Shown in pieces: positions 18,608-27,812 of a stretch of 64,000 nt of DNA (its first letter is position 1; the number at the start of each line of letters is the position of its first letter). This stretch comes from a virus (taxonomy: Duplodnaviria > Caudoviricetes). Below the pieces are notes generated by a model. It had not been told where the DNA came from, ran no database searches, and saw only the letters and a program-made list of their open reading frames with translations. The DNA lies in IMG/VR virus record IMGVR_UViG_3300042363_001420, one strand, 5' to 3'. The translations under genes and the position numbers were made by a program.

Positions 18608-19044
18608 GCTCGATCTTCTTTCAAAAATGATTTCAGCATCCAGCCGTGCTTGCCTTGTGCATCAATGCGTCCAGCTATAAAATCTGCAATGCCCTGTTGG
18701 TTTTCTTGTTCGGCACTGGCAAAACACTGGTTCAACAGGTCAATTAACACCAGATTGTCTTCTAGCAGTTCCTGCAGCATAAGTCTGGCTCGCGGCACTT
18801 TGATTTGCCCCGAAATTAAACTGAGTTCTTGAAAACGTTCAAAAGATCCTGGTGTATATTCTTCTAATATACGAATGTATTCGGCAGTGGCATCAATTGC
18901 TTCGTTTACTTCTTCGTAGATTTTGCCAAAGAACTTGTGAAGCTGGCCAAAGTACATTCCTTCTACATTCCAATGAAAGAATTGAGCTTTGATTACAAAT
19001 GCGTATTGTGTGGCCAATAATGTCTTTAGATCATCTGCGAGCAT
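18604..19044 (-). CDS. dps: Dps / ferritin-like DNA protection protein; start revised to MLADD
   Basis: KAQFFHWNVEGMYFGQLHKFFGKIYEE...DATAEYIR...KHGWML. Confidence 0.92.
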   Translation of the reverse strand: MLADDLKTLLATQYAFVIKAQFFHWNVEGMYFGQLHKFFGKIYEEVNEAIDATAEYIRILEEYTPGSFERFQELSLISGQIKVPRARLMLQELLEDNLVLIDLLNQCFASAEQENQQGIADFIAGRIDAQGKHGWMLKSFLKEDRA

Positions 19045-19201
19045 CAGGATTACTTCCTTTATAGGTATTACGATATTTAGCTGGTCTAACACTTTGTGTT
19101 CTTGTTATTAAACCGCCCAGAGGAACAGCAACAGCAGCAACACTACCACTAGAAGTTGCGCCAGCAGAAGCTGTCTCTCGAATGAATTCACGTGCTCGCA
19201 T
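19031..19201 (-). CDS. 56-aa putative internal head protein (MRAREFIRE leader; not in ORF track)
   Basis: Manual translation MRAREFIRETASAGATSSGSVAAVAVPLGG...DARR. Confidence 0.7.
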   Translation of the reverse strand: MRAREFIRETASAGATSSGSVAAVAVPLGGLITRTQSVRPAKYRNTYKGSNPDARR

Positions 19202-19484
19202 TTGTTATCTCCACTGTTTCATTGTCGATCCAACGGCCTGGACCGTGATCAATAGTGCGATTTTCGACACGAATTTTTCCGGTCTTTTTATGTAGAGGTT
19301 TAAGCTGTATCTTGTATTGACCAGGCGGTGCAGATATCTGCAGCATTTCAGAAAGATATTCGTCTCGCCAAATATAAGTTCGTTCAACAAACAATTCGTC
19401 GTTGACAAAAATCCTGTACACCGGCGGAGTATCACGCCAACTACAGTAAACATCAAATTTAATTTGTACGAATTCTGTTTGCAT
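19188..19484 (-). CDS. Hypothetical protein; start revised to MQTEF
   Basis: PPVYRIFVNDELFVERTY; TAAATA 5 nt upstream of the ATG. Confidence 0.65.
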   Translation of the reverse strand: MQTEFVQIKFDVYCSWRDTPPVYRIFVNDELFVERTYIWRDEYLSEMLQISAPPGQYKIQLKPLHKKTGKIRVENRTIDHGPGRWIDNETVEITNAST

Positions 19485-19530
19485 AGTGATATTTATCAAA
19501 AAGTACGTCTATTAATATCACTGCAACCAA

Positions 19531-19740
19531 TTACTTGATTTTGACTTCGCGCGGTTGTCCGATTATTATACCAGGTACGTTGTATTGAACTTGTACTATC
19601 TTGCGAGCCATTTGCGGATTTACAGCCATGACAGTAGTAAAGGTATTGGTATTACTGCCTCCTAGCACCGGGATACGAATACGTATCTCATAAGTCTTGA
19701 GCTTGGATTTCTTAGGCTGTGCTATTTCTTGTAGTCGCAT
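19531..19740 (-). CDS. Putative internal head protein (MRLQEI leader); start revised
   Basis: TAAATA 4 nt upstream of the ATG; shared leader. Confidence 0.65.
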   Translation of the reverse strand: MRLQEIAQPKKSKLKTYEIRIRIPVLGGSNTNTFTTVMAVNPQMARKIVQVQYNVPGIIIGQPREVKIK

Positions 19741-19751
19741 GATGTATTTAG

Positions 19752-20345
19752 TTATATTACCCAAGGATCCACAATGACTGGAGTTTTGCCACGTCGCATG
19801 ATATTACCAGAATGTAGATCAAAGGACCAACCGTTTCTTTCGCCGGTTAGGTATACTTGTCGAATAGTAGCAAACAATATTTTCATTGCATCTGCTCCTA
19901 ATTGTTCTTTCAGTTTTTGATAATAAAAATAACCCTCGAGCTGTTTATCTAATTGTTTGAAGTTTCGAATACCATTATGTTCCACGGAATCTGCTATTTC
20001 TGACAAGGTATCGCCCATGTAGCCAGCTGGTTTCAGGGCTTCCTGTCTGATTTGTAAATAACGATCACCGTCTAACACAAAGCTCTCGTATCCGCTGAAC
20101 TTTGGCAAGAATGGATTTGTGCTGTTTTTTATGCAGTACTTGGCCCAAGCAAAGAACATCTTATGATCACGACTGAATGATTCACCTCCTTGTGTGCCAA
20201 ACACCTTGAGCACAAGGCCAGTACTGGGTTCTAAATAAGCAGTTTGATCAACACCGGCACCTAGACGTTTGTAACCCTTGTCTTTTAAGATACGGTCGAT
20301 CTTTTTATCAGTTGTACTGAATTCTGTTAGTTCACTTGCTCTCAT
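19752..20345 (-). CDS. Protein kinase-like enzyme with MRASELTE leader
   Basis: Gly loop LGAGVDQTAY, VLKVF, catalytic loop DLHSGNIM, IVDP. Confidence 0.8.
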   Translation of the reverse strand: MRASELTEFSTTDKKIDRILKDKGYKRLGAGVDQTAYLEPSTGLVLKVFGTQGGESFSRDHKMFFAWAKYCIKNSTNPFLPKFSGYESFVLDGDRYLQIRQEALKPAGYMGDTLSEIADSVEHNGIRNFKQLDKQLEGYFYYQKLKEQLGADAMKILFATIRQVYLTGERNGWSFDLHSGNIMRRGKTPVIVDPWVI

Positions 20346-20905
20346 TTCTTTTTACCTGACTTCATATTAGCACACCAATGATACATTCGGGCACGTTCAC
20401 CGCTTGCTGCTTTGGCTCGTTTGCGTAAGCTGGTAACTGATCCGTTGCAACTGGCACCGGCACGTTTCACACGCCCAGGGCGACTTCGACCTTTGACCTT
20501 GCCATCGGCAAAGTTTTCATTCAAAGATGTGTTTAAGAACTGTTCGCCTTTGCCTGTGACATACCAATAACCATCGTCATCTACAATATAACCATTGCTG
20601 CTTAAACTATCAAGCACATGGTCGTAAGCAGCAGTACGCGATTCGTCTTCCTGAAAATCCATACCCAGTTGTGCAGCAGTGTAGATGGCATGTAGCACTA
20701 GAATTTTACCCAGTCCTTGACTTTGAAATTCGGGAATAATCTCGGCAATGCTACGTCCCGTGTCGGCATTGTATTGATATACACCAGCTGGTTTATTGTT
20801 GACAGTTAAAGTAGTGGCAAATTTATTTTTACCTTTTTGTACTTTGAAACTAATCTTGTCTTGACCATCGGCAAAGTTTTCAGTTATAAATTCACTAGCT
20901 CTCAT
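20342..20905 (-). CDS. GNAT acetyltransferase module inside a basic protein with MRASEFITE leader
   Basis: Acetyl-CoA motif IIPEFQSQGLGKILV; ENFADG occurs twice. Confidence 0.7.
   Translation of the reverse strand: MRASEFITENFADGQDKISFKVQKGKNKFATTLTVNNKPAGVYQYNADTGRSIAEIIPEFQSQGLGKILVLHAIYTAAQLGMDFQEDESRTAAYDHVLDSLSSNGYIVDDDGYWYVTGKGEQFLNTSLNENFADGKVKGRSRPGRVKRAGASCNGSVTSLRKRAKAASGERARMYHWCANMKSGKKK
20502..20882. repeat. 18-bp direct repeat CCATCGGCAAAGTTTTCA (20502-20519 and 20865-20882) flanking the GNAT domain
   Basis: Exact match 363 nt (121 codons) apart; encodes ENFADG. Confidence 0.9.
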
Positions 20906-23900
20906 CGTTGTCCCATCTCCGGATATACTTCTACAGTATCATCAAACCTGGTTCGTTGGGCCCAATCACGTGCCACACGATTGGCAGCAGCTTGATCAGT
21001 GCTACGTAACACAAACGTATGTAACACTTCTCCTGTGGCTCCGCTGACAATTTTCCATCGTCCAGTGAACTCGCCGCCAGTTTGTGTAAAGTTCTGTGCT
21101 ACCTGGGGTTCAAGTTCTTCTGGATTTCTAGCAGCTGGAAAATTCTGAGGTTCTGTCTCAATTGGCGGTGTTGCACGTAATTCTTCAGGAGATAACGACT
21201 CTATACTGTCCAAATAAACTGATCTGCGTTCCATACCACGTGCCTCGGTCCAACGACGTGCTGCATTGATTGCGTCTCCGGTGGTTCCGGCACTGAATCT
21301 ATACAGTATAGGACCCACACCTTCGTTGCCTTCTCTACGTCTTAACACAAAATTGCCACGAGGATCGTCTGGTACCGGTGCATTGAGTTGATCAGTTGCC
21401 GGAGTCTGTGTAGCAGGCGCAACTGGTTCTGCACGATAAGCATCATCGGGATTCATAGTATCGTTGTATTCTTGCTTGGCCAGTTTGATAGCTTCTTCTG
21501 CTGTTGTGGCCATGAGTGTAATCGTGGCACGTCTATTGGGGTGCGTTACTTTCCACTGAATCTTTTCCGTCGGTGGATTTTTAGCAACTTCGCGACCGTA
21601 CTGTAGCTGCTTGAGAAAGCCTTTGAGTTCTGACTTGGGCAGGGCACCAGCCACATAACGACTGAAGATACTGATGGCATCATTGTCATTTTTGCCTTTT
21701 ACCTCAGTGCGTTTGCGTCCAGTTTTGGGATCCGTTACTTGTTCAGTTTCCGTACGGGTCAACAGCTTGTACAACTTCTTAGCATACTCAGCCTTTTCTG
21801 CAGCAGGATCCATGGCAATGTCAGTGGCTCTAGCATAGCGCATGAGTGTGTTCTGTATCTTGTCCATGTCCGCAAAATAGTCACTGCCACCAGCTGAACG
21901 GAATTCAATGTAGTTGCTTTTGGGATTGATACTGGTATACTTGCCGAAACCGCCAGGCTGTGCGATGGCTCTGGAAGCAAATTGATTTAAATGGTTGCGC
22001 ATAGCCGACAACACAGCGTCGGCTCGAGTTTCAGTGGCTTCAGTCAAGGACTTGCCCATGCTATCGCGAATCTTGCTGATGGCACTCTTGGCGTAGGTGT
22101 TGGCTTCACGACCAAACTGTTTCAACACATATTCATCACCTAGGAACAGGGCCAACTTGGTATAATCCAGCACATTCTCGCCATGATCCGGCATGCTGAC
22201 ACTCATGTGGAAACCAGTTGAGTCATTGGCATAGGCACCGTTGTCTTTGGCCCAGGCAAAGAATCGAGGCAAGATTTCTAAGGCTTCGCCCAAGGGCATA
22301 GGTGGACTCACAATCTCCACTGGCATGTTGGCATCATCATCGGCTTCTAAACTGCCATCGGGTTCGAAGATCCAAGTACTGGTGTCACGTCGAGCACCGT
22401 GATAACCCGTGCTGACAGTGGTTGTAACATCTAACTTATCTGCCAAGTCATCAGCTAACTGTTGTGCTGCATCTTCGTTAAATCCACCTTCAGAGCTGCC
22501 ACCTGACATGGTCATGTGTGGCCATGTGAAATCAAAGTTATAAGATAAATCGCTCATGTTGCGCCAACCGCGATCACGCAACCAGTCGCTTTCATCCTTG
22601 TCCCAGTTTTCTCTAAATTCGTCTAAAGCACTTTCGTAATCGCTGTTGTGTTCTTCTATGGCCAGTTCTACACGTTCATCCAGTTGTCGCTCAACTTCTC
22701 GTTCGGCACTGACATATTCTTCTACCAATTCAAGATCGGCAGCAGTACCAGTACCCCTGACCCGTCGTTCCATGGCTGCTAATATTTCTTTCACACGGTC
22801 TTCGCTGTATTCATCATCTAACGCACGTTCAATAAGGTCCTCTTCGTCCCAGTCGTTTTCTTGAATCCATTCACGTACAGCAACAGGTGCATCAAACTCA
22901 TCATACAGAGTCTGGTCATACCATTCCATCCAGTCTTCTTCTAATTCGTTTCGTTGACGCCGAGACAAACCCTCGGCAAAATCACCTGAGCCGAAAAATT
23001 CTTCGATGTCGTTGATGCTGTTGGCACGTGGATCATAGCTGTAGTCAGACTCCCATTCGCCTTCTTCCTCGTTGGCTCCAAGTCCAGTAAATATCAACTC
23101 AGCTTCAAATCCAGCCATCATGCTCTGCCCAATATCGCTGGCGGCAAAGGCCTTCAAGGATCCTGGGCTCATGGCCACTTCTTCTAGATCTTGTTCGCTG
23201 ACCAAGGGAAAGCCCAAGCCTTCTTTGACTGCTTGTAGTTTTCGAGTAAGTGCTTCAACAAGTCCATTTGTCTTGGCAGTGGGGGGTGTGCCAGCAGGAT
23301 TGGTCTTCCATCCCATCTTGGCTGCTTGACGTTGATTCTCACCTGGCTTGATATCTACAGTGAGTGCCATGCTATAGCGTGGGTCTCGTGCTTCTCGATT
23401 GTTCACAGGAATGTATCCCGACGCTTCGTTGATCTGTTTACCGAAGTATTCGGGATGCAGTTCTGCAAAATCACGCATGATTACGCCAGCTAAGGCATTG
23501 GCTTCATTTTCGTATTCGCTGCCGGTTTCTCCGGCATTAACTGGCATTGTGGCCTTTTCGGCTTGACGGTGATGTGTTAGTTCATGCGCAGCCGTACGCA
23601 AGATATCTAAGGGATGTCGTCCGGCTACGCTCAATATGAGTGTATCTTCGTCGGGCATGTATCGACCGAATGTGGCATTACGTTCGCTCCAAGCCGGATC
23701 CTGCTTGAGTCGAATTTTAGGAATTGCTTGTAATTGTAATTTTTCAGCGCAAAACAATACAAAATCTTGTACGGTTTGATCGATTGACAGTTCGGCGGAT
23801 TCCCTGACACTTTCGCCACCACCACCGCCATCACCACCGTCGGTGGCAGCATCAGTTTGACCGTAGTAGTGATAGCCGGGAAAGAATACTCCACCAAATG

Positions 23901-24648
23901 AGCCGTAACGCATTTTCTTCTTGCGTTTCTTTTTCTTTTCGGTCAGGCTCAAGGCTTGATTTTTGGCTGCTAATCTAGCTGCACGTAAACGATCCAAGGT
24001 GCCGTTACTGCGCAGCACTTTGAATGCCAGGTTCTCCGGTCCAAATTCTCCTGATGCATCTAGACCTGCTTGTCGAAATGATCGCAACTTCTTACTTACT
24101 GCATCCATCTGTTCGAGGTCGCCCGACTCGATGGCAGCATCAATTCTCTGACCTATATCTTCGTACTTGCTGCGCACACTGATGTCATTGATGTCAGGTT
24201 TACGACGTTTCGGAACACTTATCCATTCATTGTTAATCACACTGTAAATGCCTTGGCTTTTGGGTTGTTCGTTGGCATTTTGAACATATAGTTCTACATC
24301 ATATCCACCAATCTTGAAATTGTGTTGATCGTTGTATTGATATTTTTTAGCATCGAACAGTTCGCGATATACATCACTAACATCAGCTCTGGGTATATCA
24401 GCTACCAAGTGTAGGTCAATATCACTGTGACCCGTGTAGGTGTAAGCAGCATTGCTGCCGCTGATAGTGATGTCTTTGACTTCAAGATCCAGGCCTAGGA
24501 ATTCTTTAAAGTCTTCGGCAATAGCTAGGAGTTTTTCGCGCACTTCGGGCAGCAGATGTTCATCCTGCCCCCAGAGTCTGGGATTCAGTGTTCGGTGGAA
24601 TTTCACGGCGTCGCTGAGACGATAGTTTTGTAATTCTTTGATGTCCAT
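20902..24648 (-). CDS. 1248-aa multidomain protein: Pol-beta-type nucleotidyltransferase, HExxH metallopeptidase and putative amidoligase (COOH-NH2 ligase)
   Basis: ISGSNAAY...SDIDLHLV; AAHELTHHRQ...ENEANA; GFEAE...EPDGSL...EIVSP...STGFHMSVS...KYTSIN...IEFRSAGG. Confidence 0.8.
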   Translation of the reverse strand: MDIKELQNYRLSDAVKFHRTLNPRLWGQDEHLLPEVREKLLAIAEDFKEFLGLDLEVKDITISGSNAAYTYTGHSDIDLHLVADIPRADVSDVYRELFDAKKYQYNDQHNFKIGGYDVELYVQNANEQPKSQGIYSVINNEWISVPKRRKPDINDISVRSKYEDIGQRIDAAIESGDLEQMDAVSKKLRSFRQAGLDASGEFGPENLAFKVLRSNGTLDRLRAARLAAKNQALSLTEKKKKRKKKMRYGSFGGVFFPGYHYYGQTDAATDGGDGGGGGESVRESAELSIDQTVQDFVLFCAEKLQLQAIPKIRLKQDPAWSERNATFGRYMPDEDTLILSVAGRHPLDILRTAAHELTHHRQAEKATMPVNAGETGSEYENEANALAGVIMRDFAELHPEYFGKQINEASGYIPVNNREARDPRYSMALTVDIKPGENQRQAAKMGWKTNPAGTPPTAKTNGLVEALTRKLQAVKEGLGFPLVSEQDLEEVAMSPGSLKAFAASDIGQSMMAGFEAELIFTGLGANEEEGEWESDYSYDPRANSINDIEEFFGSGDFAEGLSRRQRNELEEDWMEWYDQTLYDEFDAPVAVREWIQENDWDEEDLIERALDDEYSEDRVKEILAAMERRVRGTGTAADLELVEEYVSAEREVERQLDERVELAIEEHNSDYESALDEFRENWDKDESDWLRDRGWRNMSDLSYNFDFTWPHMTMSGGSSEGGFNEDAAQQLADDLADKLDVTTTVSTGYHGARRDTSTWIFEPDGSLEADDDANMPVEIVSPPMPLGEALEILPRFFAWAKDNGAYANDSTGFHMSVSMPDHGENVLDYTKLALFLGDEYVLKQFGREANTYAKSAISKIRDSMGKSLTEATETRADAVLSAMRNHLNQFASRAIAQPGGFGKYTSINPKSNYIEFRSAGGSDYFADMDKIQNTLMRYARATDIAMDPAAEKAEYAKKLYKLLTRTETEQVTDPKTGRKRTEVKGKNDNDAISIFSRYVAGALPKSELKGFLKQLQYGREVAKNPPTEKIQWKVTHPNRRATITLMATTAEEAIKLAKQEYNDTMNPDDAYRAEPVAPATQTPATDQLNAPVPDDPRGNFVLRRREGNEGVGPILYRFSAGTTGDAINAARRWTEARGMERRSVYLDSIESLSPEELRATPPIETEPQNFPAARNPEELEPQVAQNFTQTGGEFTGRWKIVSGATGEVLHTFVLRSTDQAAANRVARDWAQRTRFDDTVEVYPEMGQR

Positions 24649-24662
24649 CTTGTATTTACCGG

Positions 24663-24696
24663 AAAAAACAAAAGCCCTATAATAGGGCTTTTTGTT
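24663..24696 (-). terminator. Intrinsic terminator
   Basis: AAAAGCCCTAT/ATAGGGCTTTT stem followed by a T tract. Confidence 0.75.
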
Positions 24697-24710
24697 GTAG
24701 TTCTAATAAT

Positions 24711-25556
24711 TTAAGACTTTTTGTTGCGTGTTTTTTTGTCTGCTGTCTTATTACTAGACAACACAACTGGCTCGGCAGCAGTAACTGGTTCTGCTGTAGG
24801 TGCCGCTGCTTGCGATGCAGCATTTTGTAATGCCATTTCGTGCAAGGCCTTGTACAAGGGTTCCTGCGCTGCATAATCAAAAGTGTAAGTTCCGGTGTGA
24901 CGCAAAAGCACACGCTTGTCGACCCAGATTTTACCACCTAGATCACGCCAGTTTTCGCAAAATGTCCAGTCTTCACTATAGTAGCGATTTTCACGAACAG
25001 CGGTATCATAGTAAGTTTTCAAATGCTTGTCTAGTTCCTTGGGCAGGCCAATGTCGTTGGCAAAGGGTTTGACAGCAGGATGTTCGTTGAGTTTTTCAAA
25101 CACATGACGTTTAACCAACATAAATCCTGTGCCGGTTTTGCTGACTTCTTGCAAACCGTCAGGTCCTGTTTCTGCACCTTCGAACCCGTTGACTACCCAT
25201 TTTACAGGCAATGTCTTCATGGGATACAAACCACCGATCACGTCTACATCGCGATTTAGCAAGGACAACAAGTGCCATGGCTCCCATCCGATATCAGCAT
25301 CAATAAACATCAAGTGTGTGGAATCAGGGTTATTGAGGAATTTAGCTACTAATGTATTTCTTGCTCGGCTGATCAAACTTTCGTTGGTCATAGTTTCCAT
25401 AGTCCAATCAATGCCTAGTTGTCGGCAAGTATTAGCCCATTTAATATAACTCATAAAAGTTTGTTCAGTTAACATGCCTCCGTAACAGGGCATACAAATG
25501 TGAACTCGGGTAGTGCGCAAGTAGTCTACGTTTACTGTAATTTGCTGTTCAGCCAT
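24711..25556 (-). CDS. GT-A fold glycosyltransferase-like protein
   Basis: ICMPCYGG, SLISRARN, LMFIDADI (DxD), GTGFMLV, SEDWTFC, HTG. Confidence 0.8.
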   Translation of the reverse strand: MAEQQITVNVDYLRTTRVHICMPCYGGMLTEQTFMSYIKWANTCRQLGIDWTMETMTNESLISRARNTLVAKFLNNPDSTHLMFIDADIGWEPWHLLSLLNRDVDVIGGLYPMKTLPVKWVVNGFEGAETGPDGLQEVSKTGTGFMLVKRHVFEKLNEHPAVKPFANDIGLPKELDKHLKTYYDTAVRENRYYSEDWTFCENWRDLGGKIWVDKRVLLRHTGTYTFDYAAQEPLYKALHEMALQNAASQAAAPTAEPVTAAEPVVLSSNKTADKKTRNKKS

Positions 25557-25593
25557 AACATCCTCTTAAATTATATGAGTATTTAATGGAGTA

Positions 25594-26433
25594 TTATAGG
25601 CCGACAGATTTTTCTTCGATATAGTCTGAGTCAATAATTACAGAATCTACAGAAGTTGTTGTAGTATTGCCAGCCAAACGATCTACAACATCACGTATTT
25701 CGCCAACAACCAAAGATTGTGCTTGTGCAAAGTCCTTGTTCTTGATACAATCAACTAAAGTTGATAAATGCTTGCTGAGATCAGCTACCATAGAACGTTC
25801 CGAGTCGTTGCTGAACATGCTGCCAGTTTCAACTTCTTCTACAGTTTCTTTGATTTCTAAAACACTGTTAAAAATTTCAATCAGTTTATTGGTGGCTGCT
25901 GCATTATTGGCAGCACTAGGATAAATGGTTTTGATTAAACCGGCCTTTTGTTCCGGTGTCATTTCCGGCCACTTGGCACGTATTTCTGTAGCCGACGTCA
26001 TACCTGGTCCGAACTGCGACACTGGCAAGTAAGCCATATAACCGTGTTGGCTCATTGGTGCCAATCCAGTTCTCTTGTAAGGTTGTAGATACGCAGGTTC
26101 GCCGTTTTTCTTAATGCCACCAGGTTTGGGATTTTGATCTTGATCCTTTTCGCTGCGAACAAAAATTAATTGTGTGTCGGCAGGATCGTAGATCTGAGTA
26201 ATTTCTTCGGCACTAAAAGGACTTTTAACCTGGATGAATCTATTGGCAGGGACACCAGCTGCTTGTGCCAGCATCTTTTTAAGATTGAACGGAAAAGGTC
26301 TTGTGGCTGTGTCGGCAGTGGCTGCAACAAATACATCAGCTGAAGGAAATGCTGCTTGAGCAGCATGATACAATGCAGTGTGTCCTGCATGCCAGGGATG
26401 AAATCCGCCGGGCATAATAACTAATTTTTTCAT
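25594..26433 (-). CDS. HxGH cytidylyl/nucleotidyltransferase-like protein
   Basis: IMPGGFHPWHAGH and SATEIR motifs. Confidence 0.8.
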   Translation of the reverse strand: MKKLVIMPGGFHPWHAGHTALYHAAQAAFPSADVFVAATADTATRPFPFNLKKMLAQAAGVPANRFIQVKSPFSAEEITQIYDPADTQLIFVRSEKDQDQNPKPGGIKKNGEPAYLQPYKRTGLAPMSQHGYMAYLPVSQFGPGMTSATEIRAKWPEMTPEQKAGLIKTIYPSAANNAAATNKLIEIFNSVLEIKETVEEVETGSMFSNDSERSMVADLSKHLSTLVDCIKNKDFAQAQSLVVGEIRDVVDRLAGNTTTTSVDSVIIDSDYIEEKSVGL

Positions 26434-26510
26434 TGGGTTTGACCTGTTTATTTGATGTATTTATTAGCACTACATATTTTCCAATATCCGTATAAACAGG
26501 AAAGTCAGTA

Positions 26511-26879
26511 TCAATAACTTAGTGCAAGTTTGGTAATGGTACCAGCAGAAAAATCTTCTACTCTGGCACGAATCCATACAAAGTTGCCGGTGATGTTGCG
26601 AGAAAAATTTATTGTTCTAGCAGTAGCAACTGCATCAAACGACTCAACTTCAAACCAGCTGGCGTCGTTGATTGGATTTTGGTCCAGTGTAGCTTGTATG
26701 CGTATCAACCCTTGAAAATTCAATAGATAAAATGCCACGGTTTGAAGATCACCAAAACCGCCGTAATAGTTGGCTGCCTGTTGTTGATCTCCTGCCCAGT
26801 CTACGCTGCTGCCGTCATAATTGCCGGACGGAGTTCCGTATGTAGTAGTGGGTAACAGTTGTAGAGTTGTAGTTTTCAT
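26511..26879 (-). CDS. Hypothetical beta-rich protein, possibly structural
   Basis: IRIQATL...NITGNFVWIRA. Confidence 0.6.
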   Translation of the reverse strand: MKTTTLQLLPTTTYGTPSGNYDGSSVDWAGDQQQAANYYGGFGDLQTVAFYLLNFQGLIRIQATLDQNPINDASWFEVESFDAVATARTINFSRNITGNFVWIRARVEDFSAGTITKLALSY

Positions 26880-27043
26880 TGTGCAGATTCGACTTCAACA
26901 ACAATACCAGAGCCGGCCAGCTCTTCGGCTACTGAAGCTAATGCTGCCACAATGTCAACGGTGGCGATGGTAGCAGCATGATCAGAATCTTTGACCAATT
27001 TGCTGAACGTGATTACAACAGATTCTGTGTGTATTTTTGCCAT
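26876..27043 (-). CDS. 55-aa hypothetical protein (not in ORF track)
   Basis: MAKIHTESVVITFSKLVKD...VVEVESAQ; AGGA SD; ATGA coupling. Confidence 0.7.
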   Translation of the reverse strand: MAKIHTESVVITFSKLVKDSDHAATIATVDIVAALASVAEELAGSGIVVEVESAQ

Positions 27044-27044
27044 T

Positions 27045-27812
27045 TTAATTTCCTGAGGAATAGTTAGTTGAATTATTTACCTCTACTATCGGCATAGTTT
27101 TACGTATGATACCCGACTTGATCAATTCCAGCATTACAATCTCAGTAGCGTTATTATGATCAATAAAATGACTTCTCTGCAGCCACGGCAAAGAACTCAG
27201 GCACCATCTTTGTAACGCAGGACTTAATCGCCAGTCAGACTGGGAAAACAAATACTCACTGAGTGAACGATGTTCACTGTCTGTTATGCGACTGTCATTG
27301 AGATATGTTCGATAGCGATGCGAGCTTTTTCGTAGAGATATTGTATTTTTTTGGCGTACAACGTTTGCTTGAAAAATATAATTGGTATTAAGATAAGGTT
27401 TTTTTATTAAGGAATTCAATAAATCAATGTCGTTGCTGTATATATATCCGCTATCTCCTGATACAATTAGCTTGACTTGACGTTTGTATAAAAATAACAG
27501 TTCTGCTAAATCAGCTAAATTTTTAGTGCAGTCATTTATAAAATCATCACAATCAATATCGTTGTCTTTTGGAATCTGCAATGACTGATGAGCAAACCAT
27601 TGTCGCCAACGCATTCTGCGTCCGTAGCGTTTTTTTACTTCGTTGAGAGTTTGAGATAGAGTTAAATTCTCTTTTACTATTGTTCTAAGACACCAAAAAT
27701 GCAACATTCCGAAACTAACGCCGTAAGAATACTGATCATAAAATAATCGATCAGTATTCTTTTGTTTTATTTTAACTTCTGGGTTTAAAGCGATCAATGA
27801 CGATAAATCCAT
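27045..27812 (-). CDS. Hypothetical protein; start revised to MDLSS
   Basis: Long ORF overlapping the clpA end. Confidence 0.6.
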   Translation of the reverse strand: MDLSSLIALNPEVKIKQKNTDRLFYDQYSYGVSFGMLHFWCLRTIVKENLTLSQTLNEVKKRYGRRMRWRQWFAHQSLQIPKDNDIDCDDFINDCTKNLADLAELLFLYKRQVKLIVSGDSGYIYSNDIDLLNSLIKKPYLNTNYIFQANVVRQKNTISLRKSSHRYRTYLNDSRITDSEHRSLSEYLFSQSDWRLSPALQRWCLSSLPWLQRSHFIDHNNATEIVMLELIKSGIIRKTMPIVEVNNSTNYSSGN

